Source: Squalus acanthias
Lineage: Eukaryota
Length of the DNA stretch: 64,000 nt
Direction: 5' to 3'
NCBI GenBank assembly: GCA_030390025.1
Contig: CM059430.1
Span: 125,426,001 to 125,490,000 of the forward strand
A program made the translations under genes and the position numbers. The notes below the pieces were generated by a model. It saw only the letters and a program-made list of their open reading frames with translations. It did no database searches and was not told the DNA's origin. Of the stretch, positions 38,578-50,937 are shown piece by piece; the stretch's first letter is position 1; each line of letters opens with the position of its first letter.

Positions 38578-39015
38578 CATAGAATTTTACAGCACAGAAG
38601 GAGGCTGCCTATCCCTTCACGCCGGTGCTGACACTCTGAAAGACCTCTTTCACGCAGTCCTATTCCCCTGCCCTTTCCCCACATAAATTTTCTTTTTCAA
38701 ACGTTTATCCATTTCCCTTTAAAAGCAATTATGGATTCTGTTTCCGACACTTTTTCTGGCAAAGCATTCAATGACCCCACAACTCTCACGTAAAAAGCAT
38801 TCTTCTAACTTCTCCCTTTGTTCTTTTGATGACGATCTTAAGTTTATGCCCGTTAGTCACCGATTCAGCAACCAGTGGATATAATTGTTCCCAATTTATC
38901 AAAATCCCTCAATTTTGAACACACTTTATCTGTCTTTGTTCTGATGAAAAGGGCCCCAGTTTCTCATAGCTGAAGCCTGATATCATCTTAGTGAAAACTT
39001 CTGCACCCTCTCCAT
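38578..39015 (-). mobile_element. Degenerate CR1 LINE 3' fragment
   Basis: CATAGAAT tail and decayed match to the 1-432 copy. Confidence 0.75.
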
Positions 39016-40264
39016 ACCCAGTTTAGGACATAATGCAGTTATGTAATTTTTAAAAAAGAGTATTAGAGAGAGAGACTGCATAGAGAGGTTAATCTCTACT
39101 AAGCATGCCTATTAGATGCCACACTGATTTCCATTTCCATATAGTCAAACAGCCAGGAGATACTGCTGCAATGTGGCAAGCAGTGTGGAGAGGGTGCCCA
39201 GCAGACTTCTGTTTTCTCTCCACAACACAAGACATGGTACTTATTTTAGCCAACTTGGAAGGATCAAAGATGTAATAAACCGTGCCAGAATTTGAACCCA
39301 AGATCTTCTGCCATAAGTTATCGGATTTCTGGCTTTAAGCTCCCTGAGCTGATGCGTACTAAAGACTGAAACTGGAAATAATGGGAGATTAAGCTAACTG
39401 AAAAGGGTTTGTGTTGAAGATTTCAACTAAACCTGAATTCCACAACATAAAGCCCTTTCCCCCAAAAAAGTACCGTTTGGCTGCTGGGTTCGGCATCAAT
39501 CCACTTCAGCATCACAGTGCAAGGGTATGGAGCAAAGTATTCAATCACTATGTACTCCAACAGCTTCCTCAGCAGAGGAGTGACATGTAAACACTAAGGC
39601 AGCAGGAGTGACTTGCAGACTTCAGGGTGCACAGGAATGCTTCGAGCCACAAGAGGAAAGCTGTAACAGATTGTGAGGCCTCTGTAGGCCTTGATTACAT
39701 TGGAGATTTTCAATCATTCCCAAGTATCTGCTGCTGTAGGATGTAGATAAAGTCCTAGGTTTGATCTACAGATGGTGCGGAGTTAGCTGATCTCAAACAT
39801 GGCAGCCGTTGAGGGACTACAATTGGCCATACTTCCCCGGGTTAGGGAAAAACAAATCTGCCAGGGTTCTCCATTCCTAATTGCTATCCAGTGATCCCTG
39901 ATGGAAAGTGTGCTTTAGTGAAAATCATGAACCAGCAATTAGCTCAACTCTCCGGCGTTCTACAGAAGAGATAGACCCAGTTTGTGTGAGTGAAAAGTCA
40001 GGGTTTAGAAATGTGTACAGTTTCATTCAATTCCTGTGAGGATTATATGCAAATATTAATCTAATATGTCTAATAGAATCTAACTGTAAGCTCTACTTAA
40101 ATTTGCCATTATTATAATACATAATTCAGACAGAGGGACTGAGTGACTTAGTGGTTAGCAAGCTATTTCACAATGATCAAAGTCTTCTTTGCTGGCTGTA
40201 AGGGTTCTATATCAAAAGAATTTAGGACAATCTCAACCCAATTTCTACTGAGTACATGAAGGGT

Positions 40265-40564
40265 CGATAACGAGAGGGCACAGATTGAAGGTGATTGGCA
40301 AAAGAACCAGAAGCGGCATGCGGAAAAACTGTGTCACGGAACGAGTGGTTAGGATCTGGAATGCACTGCCTGATAGGGTGGTGGATACAGATTCAATCAT
40401 AGCCTTCAAAGGGGAATTCGATAAATACTTGAAGGTGAAAAAATTGCAGGGATATTGGGAAAAAGCAGGGGAGTGGGACTAACTGGATTGCTCTTCGAAA
40501 GAGCCGGCGCAGACTTGATGGGCCGAATGCCCTCCTTCTCTGCTGTACTATTCTATGATTCTAT
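40265..40564 (+). mobile_element. CR1 LINE 3' fragment
   Basis: KVIGKRTR...RVVRIWNALP plus 3' UTR and TTCTATGATTCTATG tail. Confidence 0.9.
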
Positions 40565-40861
40565 GTCCACAGCACAAAACTGAACATAACTGGGCACCAA
40601 TTAGCACTAAATTGCCAATCTCGCATGAGCAGTCACAAGAATGGTGTAGAAATGGAAATGTCACTTTGGTCCAATAGGGGGCATTCTTCTGAGGCTATTA
40701 AAAGATTCTTCTTGAGGGATAATAGAGAGAACTTTACTCTGCATCTAACCTGCACCAACCCTGATCTGGGGGTGCTTACTGGTCAGAGTAGGTAGAACTT
40801 TACTATGTGTGCAACCTGATGAAACTGTTCAGTGCTAATATTGAGGCACAAGAGAAACACT

Positions 40862-41555
40862 GGCCCAGATTTTGCTGGCATTTCGCTGTGTGCCCTGTTA
40901 GTTAGAAATTTTCCCTCACCCTTCAGCGCAAACATTTTTTGCCATGTAAGTTGCTGGAAATGCGAGCTGATAACAGGGTATCTGGGACCTTGGTGAACGA
41001 CAGGACCAACAGTCTATCTCCTTAACCATTGAGATTTAAGGATTGATAAAGAAACAGAGGAATGTCAGAGAAGGAAATAGGGTGAATTAGAACCAAATCA
41101 AGTACAGAAAAATAAATAAGAGAGGGAAAGAAGATTGGATTGAGAGAGAGAAGAGAGACAAAAGAAATAAAAATGTAAAGTTTTACATTTTAAAAATCTC
41201 CAATAACAATTTAGACTCTGCAGTTTAAATTGTTCCCTTTCTGGCCGGAGAGGTTGATTGGCATTGCAGGAACATAAATCTCCTCATTAAAAAGGTACTT
41301 GCACTGTTAAGTACCAGCCTCAACTTTCTACGATGAGTTTAATTGGCAATTAATGTGCAAATTCATTAACTTCATTAAACTGATGGGGAGGTTGAGGGAG
41401 AGATGCCATTTTCGTGAGGCTAACGGTGGAGCGGCGCAAATCTGTGGCGATTCACAATTCACGGGGTATCTCTCGCCACAAGTTGCTGGACGATTTACAC
41501 ATTAATAACGGCGTGCACATTAAACTAGCTGTTAGTTTGGCAGCAATTCTGGGCC
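40862..41555. mobile_element. Harbinger-like MITE inserted in an LF-SINE-like element
   Basis: TIRs GGCCCAGATTTTGCTG / CAGCAATTCTGGGCC, flanks ACT and ATT. Confidence 0.75.
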
Positions 41556-42496
41556 ATTATCCATTCCCTCACTGCGCTGGGCACAAAAATTCATCAAACA
41601 ATAAACGAGTGCCTTGTACCGTTTTACACCACTGTAGCAAATGCCAAATATATAACATATACACACACACACACACATACACTTATGAATGAGAACGGAC
41701 TGAGCTAGCAATTCTTTTTGGCAATTTCTACATCACTCTGTAAAATAGCTTTTAAGCAGCGTCTCTCAGCCCTTTGAATAATCCTCGGAATTATGTGCAC
41801 TCCACGGGCTGCATCCCGAAGAAGCTCCACCCGGAATTCCATCCAGATGCCTTAATGAAACTCAGTATTCATTCCTTGAGAAGTGAGACCCACCAGCTGC
41901 TCCATTTAATCAACCGATCTGTTTTATGTTTTTTCCCCAAAACTTAGGGAGTGACCTCACTCATGGGGAGTGGAAGGAAAAAAAGGTTTTACATGAACGT
42001 AGTCATTGAGTCTTTTCTCAAACAGCTTGCTTCTAATTACGTGGGCCGTCCTGGCGCCAGTGCTGAAACCCAGCCCAAAGCAAGCAGTGACCTAGAGTTT
42101 AAATTTAGATAGGCAGCAACCGCTCTGCACTGCGCACACACACACACACAGGCCATTACATAAGAACATAGGAATTTTTAGGAACAGGAAAAAGCTAATA
42201 GCCCAACAAACCGGTCCTTCATTCTGGAAGATCAACTCCACCCACCCCCATCTCAATCCCTTCTCTCTACAGAAACACATTTAATTGTCTCTTAACAACC
42301 CCTCCCCCCACCCCCTGCACAATTTCCACCCACTCAAGGTGTTGACTCTAGTTGGGCCATAATTCCATGAGTAGCATTTGCCCTCCAGAACCTCAGCAAA
42401 GCAGCCATTCTTCATGCGTGAGCCAAATCGGTGAGTGTCGGCAGTCTAATCATTTGCTGAGGGCATTACAGCCGATTCCGATCCTGCCCTCACCAT

Positions 42497-43145
42497 GGGC
42501 TGGATTCTCCTTTTCGTGATGGCATCAAGACAGGGTGGGACTTCCACCCACCGCCCTGACATTGCCATGAGCCCCGACCCATTTTCTGGATTGGGGCTGT
42601 TTACTTATGTAGGGAGGGCTCCTGACAGGAAATTCTCCACCAAGAGGAAATTCTCCACTACCAGGGCACAGAATCCCGGTGGTGTTATGGCACAACCACC
42701 AATGCAACACCCAAAGAGGTGGCTACTGGCCATCCATTTAAAGTGGGCAAAAAAAATCCCCAAAGAGGATTCCAAAAATCTTTTTAGACTTCAACTGAGA
42801 TTAAGGCCTAAAAAGTTATAGCATCGAGGCCAAAATGAAGAGAGTTGGATTCTGTACTAGGCCCTCTCCCTCTATTAAAAGAATTTGGGCCAACCACCAC
42901 CTTCATTAAGTGGCTCTGGGGAACAGAAGGGGCACACAGCAGCACAACCATCCAAGAAGCTGAGCCCTGCCATTGCCAGCCTTTACATGAAGCAGGTGGG
43001 AAAGTGGCAGTCTCAGCGGGATGGGGGAAGGGAAATAGACCTCGGGCCTGAAACACGGGGCTAGGCCTTATTATTTGATTTTGACGCCCTGTCTGCCACT
43101 AGAACAGCCCTATTTCGGGTGGGATAGCAGAGGAAAATTCAACCC
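42497..43145. mobile_element. Harbinger-like MITE splitting an older SINE
   Basis: TIRs GGGCTGGATTCTCC / GGAAAATTCAACCC; SINE sequence resumes on both sides. Confidence 0.7.
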
Positions 43146-43974
43146 TTCAGATCTACAATATGCTTATGCACCAGCAGAAGTCGCTAGATAGCAATCAGGA
43201 ATGAGAAGTTTATCTAATTTGCCCTCTATCCAAGGGACACTGAGCTCAATCAGAGTCGCCCCATCATATCCCAACTCAGATCAACTTACTCAGCACAGAC
43301 CTGGGATCTAAGCTAGGACCTTCCTGGTCTGCATGGCTCAGCACCACACTGGATGGTGCTTTACCTACTAGGCCATCAGGGGAGCAGATGAACCCATTTA
43401 TATCGTCCACTTCAATAACCTTCCTTACTACGTTATTACACAGCTCTATTAACTTTTGAGTGAAAAAGTTCCACCTGATCACCAGTAAGTTTCACGGGGT
43501 TCTCCCGTTTCTCCCATTTCTCCAGGGTTTCCTCCAATCTTCCACCAAAGTTACGGCCGGAGATTGGGAGAACCCCCATGGAAATTCTACCCCATATCTT
43601 TTATTACTCTTAATGTTTTTTTAAATTAAAGAAAAAAAAATTCAAATACTGGAAATGAGAAAAGGCTGAAAATACATCCGTATCTGAAAAGAGAAAAGAC
43701 AGGTTAACATTTCGGGTGCCCTGGTGAAAGTTTAATCCTGAAACCCTAACTTATCTTTTCTCTTTTCAGATGTCGCATATTTTGAACATTTTCTGTTTCC
43801 TCGTTTTAGGCTTGGTTACCCCGATATTTGAATCCTTTGCTACAATGAGCAACTTCTCCAGATCAATCCCCTTTGCCAATCCCTTTCATAATCCTAAAAA
43901 CTACAACTAGAACCCATCATTTAAACAAGCAACACTAGCAGTGAAATGTGCCCAGAAAATCTTTTGAAGGGAAA

Positions 43975-44240
43975 ACTTTAATCCATATAGCACCTTATCA
44001 TGTTTATCAACATTTCACGTATAAGAAGTTACTTTAGAGTGCAGTGACTGTTACATAGATAAACACAGCATCCATTTTGCATTTAGTAAGACCTCACACA
44101 CATCAGTGAGATGATGACTAGTTAATGTTTTTGATGATGTTGGTTGAGAGAAGAATATTGGTCAAGTCACCAAAAGAATTCCCTGCACATCTTTGAAGAA
44201 TGCCATGGAATCCTTAACATTTATGTGAGCTACCAAAATA
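43975..44240 (-). mobile_element. Degenerate Deu-domain SINE fragment
   Basis: Diverged match to the 3' half of 37181-37643. Confidence 0.65.
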
Positions 44241-44363
44241 GTCATGTCCCTGTGGCATTTGTGTTGGTATTTAGACACCAGTGTGCAAAAAGATAGATGC
44301 TTACAAATGGAACTTTTTGGAGCAGGCTGTTCAAAGAACTGAAACAGATGGAAAACTCCTTAC

Positions 44364-44463
44364 GAAAGAAGGCGATGTGTCCTTTTAAAAAAAAAAAAAA
44401 TAGGAAAAAAATTCTTGATGTTCTACCAGAACGGACAAGCCTTCCCAGGCAGTTTCCTTCCAT
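44364..44463 (-). CDS. Candidate alternative first coding exon of the STARD8-like gene (MEGNCLGRLVRSGRTSRIFFLFFFFLKGHIAFF-Q)
   Basis: AACATGG Kozak context, 33 codons+1, C|GTAAGG phase-1 donor in frame with the SAM exon; no homology support, and it crosses a poly-T run. Confidence 0.3.
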
Positions 44464-44702
44464 GTTCGCTCAGCAGGTCAGGATGAGGGTGGGTAGGGGG
44501 CAGGGGAGGAAGCTGGTCAGAATATTTTTGGCAATTACGTTCAAACTAACTGTCCTGTGAATCATGGGTTCCTGGAAGTGTGCACTGCAGACAAAGCTTT
44601 GTAAATAGGTAACAGCCCTGGGAAGCAGAGAGAAAAGGGAAGAAGGTTTTTTTTTTTAAGAATGAATGCGCAATAAGAATTTAACTCTTTAGTTACGTGC
44701 AT

Positions 44703-45525
44703 CAACTTGGCTCAATTAGTAGCATTCTACCTTTTGAGTCAGGAGGTTGTGGGTTCAAGTCCCACTCCAAGATATGAGCAAATAACTTATTTTGATACAA
44801 AAGCAAGATACTGTGATGCTGGAAATCTGAAATAAAAACAGAAAATGCTGGAAATACTGATGAAAGGTCGTCAACCTGAAACGTTAACTCTGGTTCTCTC
44901 TCCACAGACGCTGCCAGACCTGCTGAATTTATACTGATACTCCAGTGCAGTACTGAGGGAGTACCTCAATGTCAGAAGTGCTGTCCTTCAGATAACACAT
45001 TAATCCAAGTCCTGTAGGTTTGTTCTGGTACATATTAAAGAGTTCATCACACTATTTGAACAAGAGTGGGAAGTTCTCCTCATGTCCTGGCCAACATTCC
45101 TCCTTCAACCAATATCAAAAACAGATCAACTGATCACTGTGGGGCCATCCAAAACTAGGGGTCGTAAATATAAGATAGTCATTAATAAATCCAGTACAAA
45201 ATTCAGGAGAAGCTTCTTTACCCAGAGTGTGTGAAACTTGCTACCACATGGAGTAATTGAGGTGAGTAGCATAGATGCATTCAAGGGGAAGCTAGATAAG
45301 TACATGAGGGAGAAAGGAATAGAAGGATGTGCTGATAGGGTCAGATGAAGTAGGATGGGAGGGTGCTCATATGGAGCTTAAACACCGGCATAGACCAGTT
45401 GGGCCGAAAATTCATCTCATTGCTATTTGTGGGGTTTTGCTGTGTGCTAAATGGCTGATGTGATTGCCGATATAATATATCACTGCATTTTAAAGCATCA
45501 ATTGTATGCCGAGTGCTTTAAGACT
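44703..45525 (+). mobile_element. Deu-domain SINE carrying nested Penelope pLTR (about 44790-44930) and CR1 3' fragment (about 45145-45410)
   Basis: tRNA head TGGCTCAATTAGTAGC..GGTTCAAGTCC; SINE body resumes after each insert; pLTR contains CTGATGA-A-AGGT..ACCT-GAAA-CGTT-AAC. Confidence 0.78.
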
Positions 45526-46787
45526 TGATTGGGTTGGTTGGACAGTAGATCAAAAGGTCACACAGACACCACAATGTCACTTCATTCCACACTGTATTCA
45601 GGAACAGGCTGTATGGTACAAACTTGATGAAGGGTTACGGCATTATAGCATTGGATTGAAGTACATCTTCATCTTCACTGCACAGGCAGTAATCAGGTGG
45701 AGCAGATCGCCCACCCAGTCTAGAGTCCATTTGATCAATGGAATGAGAATCAAGCGGGTTCTATAATGGGCGGGCAATCCACTCCGCCAGATTACTGCCA
45801 ACAGTGAAGATGGAATTTTACTCCATTGACAGCTGCCGATGTTGTGTGGAACAGGACATGTCACATAAAAAAACTCCTGAACAGGAAAGAGAAGAGAAGG
45901 ACCAACAGTGACTGTGTAAAATCTGTGTAGAAATGGAGGAAAGCCAGTCTGTGCAGCTTTTACTCACAACCAGCAACCCGACTACAGAATGCATGGGCAG
46001 CAAAAGGAAATAAGGTCTCACCCAGAGATGTGAAATCGATTTTGGTTATTTTAGTTCAGTTTGTGTGCATATGCAATATCAGTCATTCAAACAGGGCTGC
46101 ACTATCATGGTTCATTCAGTCCGTCACACAGCAACAGACACAAATTATCACAGAGTTAGTTATGCAATACAATTCACCATTCTGGATCATTCCCGTGTAA
46201 ATCAGACCGACCCGGGTTAGATCTTGTGTCGCTGTAAGCCAGAAAACAATACCATTATAAACCGCCAATGTCCTTGTGACCAGCCTGTATGTTTACTCTA
46301 AACTTCAAGCAGCTTTCAAGGAAATGGTACAGAAGGAGATATCAGGAAATTCCGTCATTGGGAAGCACTAAGAGAGATGGGGAAAATAGGCTGGGTTTCC
46401 TCTCGCAAGTTCACATTTTTGTGAATTTGCAACATTAAAATGCAAAATTTACAATATGGTGAATGCACTTTAAAAATTAGCAAACAGAACTTGAATTGTG
46501 GGGAGGGCGAGCTACCAGAGTTCTTTCAGCTGAATTGCAATGTGTGTCAGTCAAGGCAAGTCTCTCCCCTCCACCCAGTGATGTGTGTCTGCTCGTCTTC
46601 TTGCTATTTCCAACTTCAAAGTTCAGCCAGGACTGTATTCTACGGGTTACTGTCGAGGTCCCTGCCAGAACTCTCCCACTTTTTTGTATTGGTGGCCTTG
46701 TTCACTCTTTCCTCTCCTCCAGGCTCCTTTCTGGCCCACTTCAGCTGTCCACTTTATTCCTATCCCAGTGTCTCCACACAGAGCTGA

Positions 46788-47184
46788 AAAGGAGAAAGAG
46801 TTAAAAAAAAAGCAGGAAGAAGAAATAGAAAAGGAAAGAGACTAGAATCAGAAAAGGAACATGAAGAAGCAAGAGAACAGAAGAGATCAAAGGGGAGAGA
46901 TAGAGTGTGAAGGGAAGGAGAGACAGAAAAGAGAGAAGTAGAGTGAGAGAAGTGGAAAAAGAGAGAAAATAGGAAGAGCAAGGGAGACAGAAGGGAAGGG
47001 GTAAAGAAAAAGGGAAAAGGGGCATCTAGAGTATGTATGAGGGAGAGAAACAGAAAGAGGGGGACATAGAAAAGGGAAGAAAAATTGATCAAAGGAAAGC
47101 GACAGACAGCAGAAAAAAGGAGACAGGGGAGTGAAAGCAAGAAAGGTAGAGATAGAGAAATAACAGGAAAAGAGAAAGGTAAAT

Positions 47185-47226
<42 letters not shown>
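46788..47226 (+). repeat. Polypurine low-complexity tract ending in (GA)n
   Basis: About 440 bp of almost pure A/G; perfect (GA)n at about 47191-47225. Confidence 0.92.
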
Positions 47227-47227
<1 letters not shown>

Positions 47228-47963
47228 AAGTCATGTCACTCCCTCCTAGATCGCACAGAGGATGTTCAAGTCAATTTATTCACAGAACTCATGCATCATC
47301 TTTGTGGGTGAATCACGATCTATGTCCACAAAACAAAAATGGTTTCAATCCACTTTCCTAACCACACAGCAACTCTCACAAAATCTAGAGCATTCTAGGA
47401 TAAGTGGTTGAAATAGAAATCTGGAATGCTGTTCTGTTTCCAGCTGCAAATCCTGAAACACATTGGCCTTGATGGTTGCTAGTTTTTATAACTGGAGTAC
47501 ATGACACCCACTGAGTTTATGCCAGTGGTCCCAGTGCATGAACTGGCTCAACGAATCAATTCATGCATGCACCGAGTACCCTAGAAGTATTAGAACAGTG
47601 CCAAACGAGGCAGGAGATCGAACAGTCTAGACAGCACTGTACAAATCAAAGATACCACAGTCTGGACAATGCTGTGTACCATTAGAGCTTGTGATCTGAC
47701 TAACAAGGATTAGCTGCTTTTTTCCAGTTTAATACAAGATCACTAGTTATACTGGACACCCAGCTCAGCGAAATGACTCTCACTTTCAGTTGGAATACAT
47801 AACTTATTAATTACCAATGGAATGCAGAGGTTAGCAGAGAGGTTATCATGGGTAAATAGGAAACATTGCAGTTTGAGAGAGTTAGGTTAATATACAACAA
47901 ACTCCAAAAAGGGACTGTAATGAAAATATTCCCTTTCTAATAACACCCAGTACAATTTCACAT

Positions 47964-48290
47964 GAACCCTTACCCTGCTGAATAAACAGCAACTCCACGT
48001 AGCTATACAGCTAGTAACCCTTATCCTGCTGTACTAACAGCAACTGTGAACAGTTACAGTGACTAACCCTCATTCTGCTGAACAAACAGCAGCTTTATAC
48101 AGTTACACAGTGAATAACCGTCACCCTGTTGAATAAACAGGCACTCCATACCATTACACAGTAAATAATCCTAACCCCGCTGATTGAATGGCCACTCTAC
48201 ATAATTACAGAGAAGGTAGGCTTTACTATATTGAATTCAGTTACAGTGAGTAACCCAAACCGTACTGTATAAACAACAACCTGTACTATT
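47964..48290. repeat. Degenerate ~50-bp tandem repeat, 5-6 copies
   Basis: AACCCT.A.CCTGCTGAA.AAACAGCA.CT...CAGTTACACAGTGA.T units. Confidence 0.8.
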
Positions 48291-48592
48291 GCAAAATAGG
48301 CTATGGTTCAGACAAAGCTGAATTCCACAAGATCGTACAAACTGGTTGGTTAAAGGGAAGTTGTCTAGCATTTCAGGGCCCATACTTGAATAGCACCCAG
48401 TTAAATCAGTGCAATTACTATCCAACCTTAATCTATTGCTTCTGCACTGGCAATACAGATTCAAACACACACAGAGAACTTCATTAATGTCGATATAAAT
48501 TAATGGCTATGGGATTTTAGGGCTAACTCCCCATGAGGAGGGGAAAAAAACTTACTGCCCCAAAAAAATTATAAATGTGACTTAGAATCATA

Positions 48593-48882
48593 GGGGGAAA
48601 AATTGGGTTGGTTTGTGCCTCTCGTTAGCACCCCAGGGGGGCGCTAACAGGGCGTAAATCCCCTAGCGCCGGACGCGTTGCCGTTAACGCCTCCCACAAA
48701 ATTCAGCGGGAGGTTAGTGGCGGCGGTAGCCAGTAGCGCCCCGCGCCGCCGGCGATGACCTCATCGCCATGCGCAGCGCCCCGGCCGCAAACTTCCCATG
48801 CGCCCCCTGACCTATTGCCGGACAATATTTGCGACAGGATCAGGGGCCGGTGTATGGGCGCCACCCAATTTTTCCCCCCCCC
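48593..48882. mobile_element. CpG-rich Harbinger-like MITE inserted in a CR1 tail
   Basis: TIRs GGGGGAAAAATTGGGT / ACCCAATTTTTCCCCC, ATA on both flanks; a minus-strand CR1 3' UTR continues at 48883-49085. Confidence 0.82.
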
Positions 48883-49601
48883 ATAGAATCTTACAGCACA
48901 GGAGGCGACTATTTGGCCCATCATGTCTGTACCGGCTCTTTGAAAGCTATCCAACTAGTCCCACTCCCCTGCTCTTTTCCCATAGCTCTGCAAAATTTTC
49001 AAGTATTTATCCAATTGCAGACCAGCCCACAACAACTCACTGCGTAAAATACATTCTAATCTCCCCTCTGGTTCTTTTGCCAATCAAGGAATCAAAGAGA
49101 CATTTATGGATACAATGAGACACACGAGTATAGACCATCCGATTTCTCCAGGTAATTTGGTTTCATCCAACGGGACACCACTGCACATTCTACTAGATGA
49201 TTTTCCAAAAGTCCTGTTTAAAAGGTTTTATTATACTAACCCATGTACTTAAAATCCTTTCTCCTGCATTCTGGAAATGTTCTGAAAGAGATCCACATTT
49301 AAACACCACATTAAGGAGCTCCAGTAAGGAGCTCTGGGGTGCTAACGAGAGGCAGAAACCATTACAATTTTAGGTGTGTAATTGTGTCCTGTCTCGTTAT
49401 GGTCTTTGTCCAATCAAGTACTGGAACAGAATAGCCATTACCTACATATTCTCGAGAAATTGACTAAGGCATATAAAATCCATTGCTATCGAGCTATCAT
49501 ACCTTTCCAGTCAAAGAATCATATAGACAGTTCTGGGCACAAGTACTATTTTGGAATCAGCACTGCCATGTTTCTAATGTAGATCAAGAATGGAGATAGT
49601 A

Positions 49602-49714
49602 GGGTGAGAAATTCAACTTCGGCAGGAAATGGAAAGAAAATCGGGTAGCGTGTATAACAGGCGGCCGATCTGCGATCACCTGTTTTGTGCCACCGCCAAA
49701 ATTGAATTTCACCC
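49602..49714. mobile_element. 113-bp MITE
   Basis: GGGTGAGAAATTCAACTTCGGC / GCCAAAATTGAATTTCACCC inverted ends. Confidence 0.7.
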
Positions 49715-49984
49715 GCAGTACTTCTAGTCCAGGTGCATTCAGGACAGCTGTAGAGACCCAACTGCCACCCCTTCCAAGATCAGCCAACTCAACATGGACC
49801 CGGGATTTGTATCTGGAACCTACAAGTGTGGAAGATGGTTACAAATGAGCTCTCCCATTTTGTTGTCTCTTAGAATCCATGATGAGAAGGAAGCAGATGA
49901 GCCTTACTACCACAAAGCCCTAATAGAATCTGAAAACCAACTGTCACCACTGAACAGCCAGGGCAGAATCAGATCAGACGCTTT

Positions 49985-50937
49985 TCTTTTTAATTCATTC
50001 ATGGGATGTGAGCGTCGCTGGCAAGGCCAGTATTTATTGCCCATCCCTAGTTGCCCTTGAGAAGATGGTGGTGAGCCACCTTCTTGAACCGCTGCAGTCC
50101 GTGTGGTGAAGGTACTCCCTTCAATGCTGTTAGGTAGGGAGTTCCAGGATTTTGACCCAGCGACGATGAAGGATCGGCGATATATTCTAAGTCAGGATGG
50201 TGTGTGACTTGGAGGGGAACTTGGAGGTGATGGTGTTCCCATGCACCTGCTGCCCTTGTCCTTCTAGGTGGAAGAGGTCGCGGGTTTGGGAGGTGCTGCC
50301 GAAGAAGCCTTGGTGAGTTGCTGCAGTGCATCTTGTAGATGATACACACTGTAGCCACAGTACGCCGGTGGTGGAGGGAAGTGAATGTTTAAGGTGGTGG
50401 ATGGGGTGCCAATCAAGCGGGCTGCTGTGTCCTGGATGGTGTCGAGCTTCTTGAGTGTTGTTGGAGCTGCACTCATCCAGGCAAGTGGAGGGTATTCCAT
50501 CACACTCCATACTTGTGCCTTGTAGATGTTGGAAAGGCTTTGGGGAGTCAGGAGGTGAGACACTCACCGCAGAACACCTAGCCTCTGACCTGCTCTTGTT
50601 GCCACAGTATTTATGTGGCTGGTCCAGTTAAGTTTGTGGTTAATGGTGACCCACAGGATGTTGATAGTGGGGGATTCAGCGATGGTAATGCCATTGAATG
50701 TCAAGGGGAGGTGGTTAGACTCTCGCTTGTTGGAGATAGTCATTGCCTGGCACTTCTGTGGCGCGAATGTTACCTGCCACTTATCAGTCCAAGCCTGAAT
50801 GTCGTCCAGGTCTTGTTGCATGCGGGCATGGACTGCTTCATTATCTGAGGAGTTGTGAATGGCGCTGAACACTGTGCAGTCATCAGCGAACATCCCTATT
50901 TCTGACCTTATGTTGGAGAGGAGGTCATTGATGAAGC
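49985..50937 (-). mobile_element. 5'-truncated non-LTR LINE (CR1/jockey-group RT C-terminus and 3' UTR)
   Basis: MFADDCTVF...QQDLDDIQAW.DKWQVTF...KLNWTSHINTV..RAGQRLGVL; IYKAQV.S.MEY..LAW. Confidence 0.92.

Noticed and set aside
46760-47234. Hydrophobic membrane-protein-like ORFs
   Set aside because: Artefact of the pyrimidine-rich strand of a low-complexity tract
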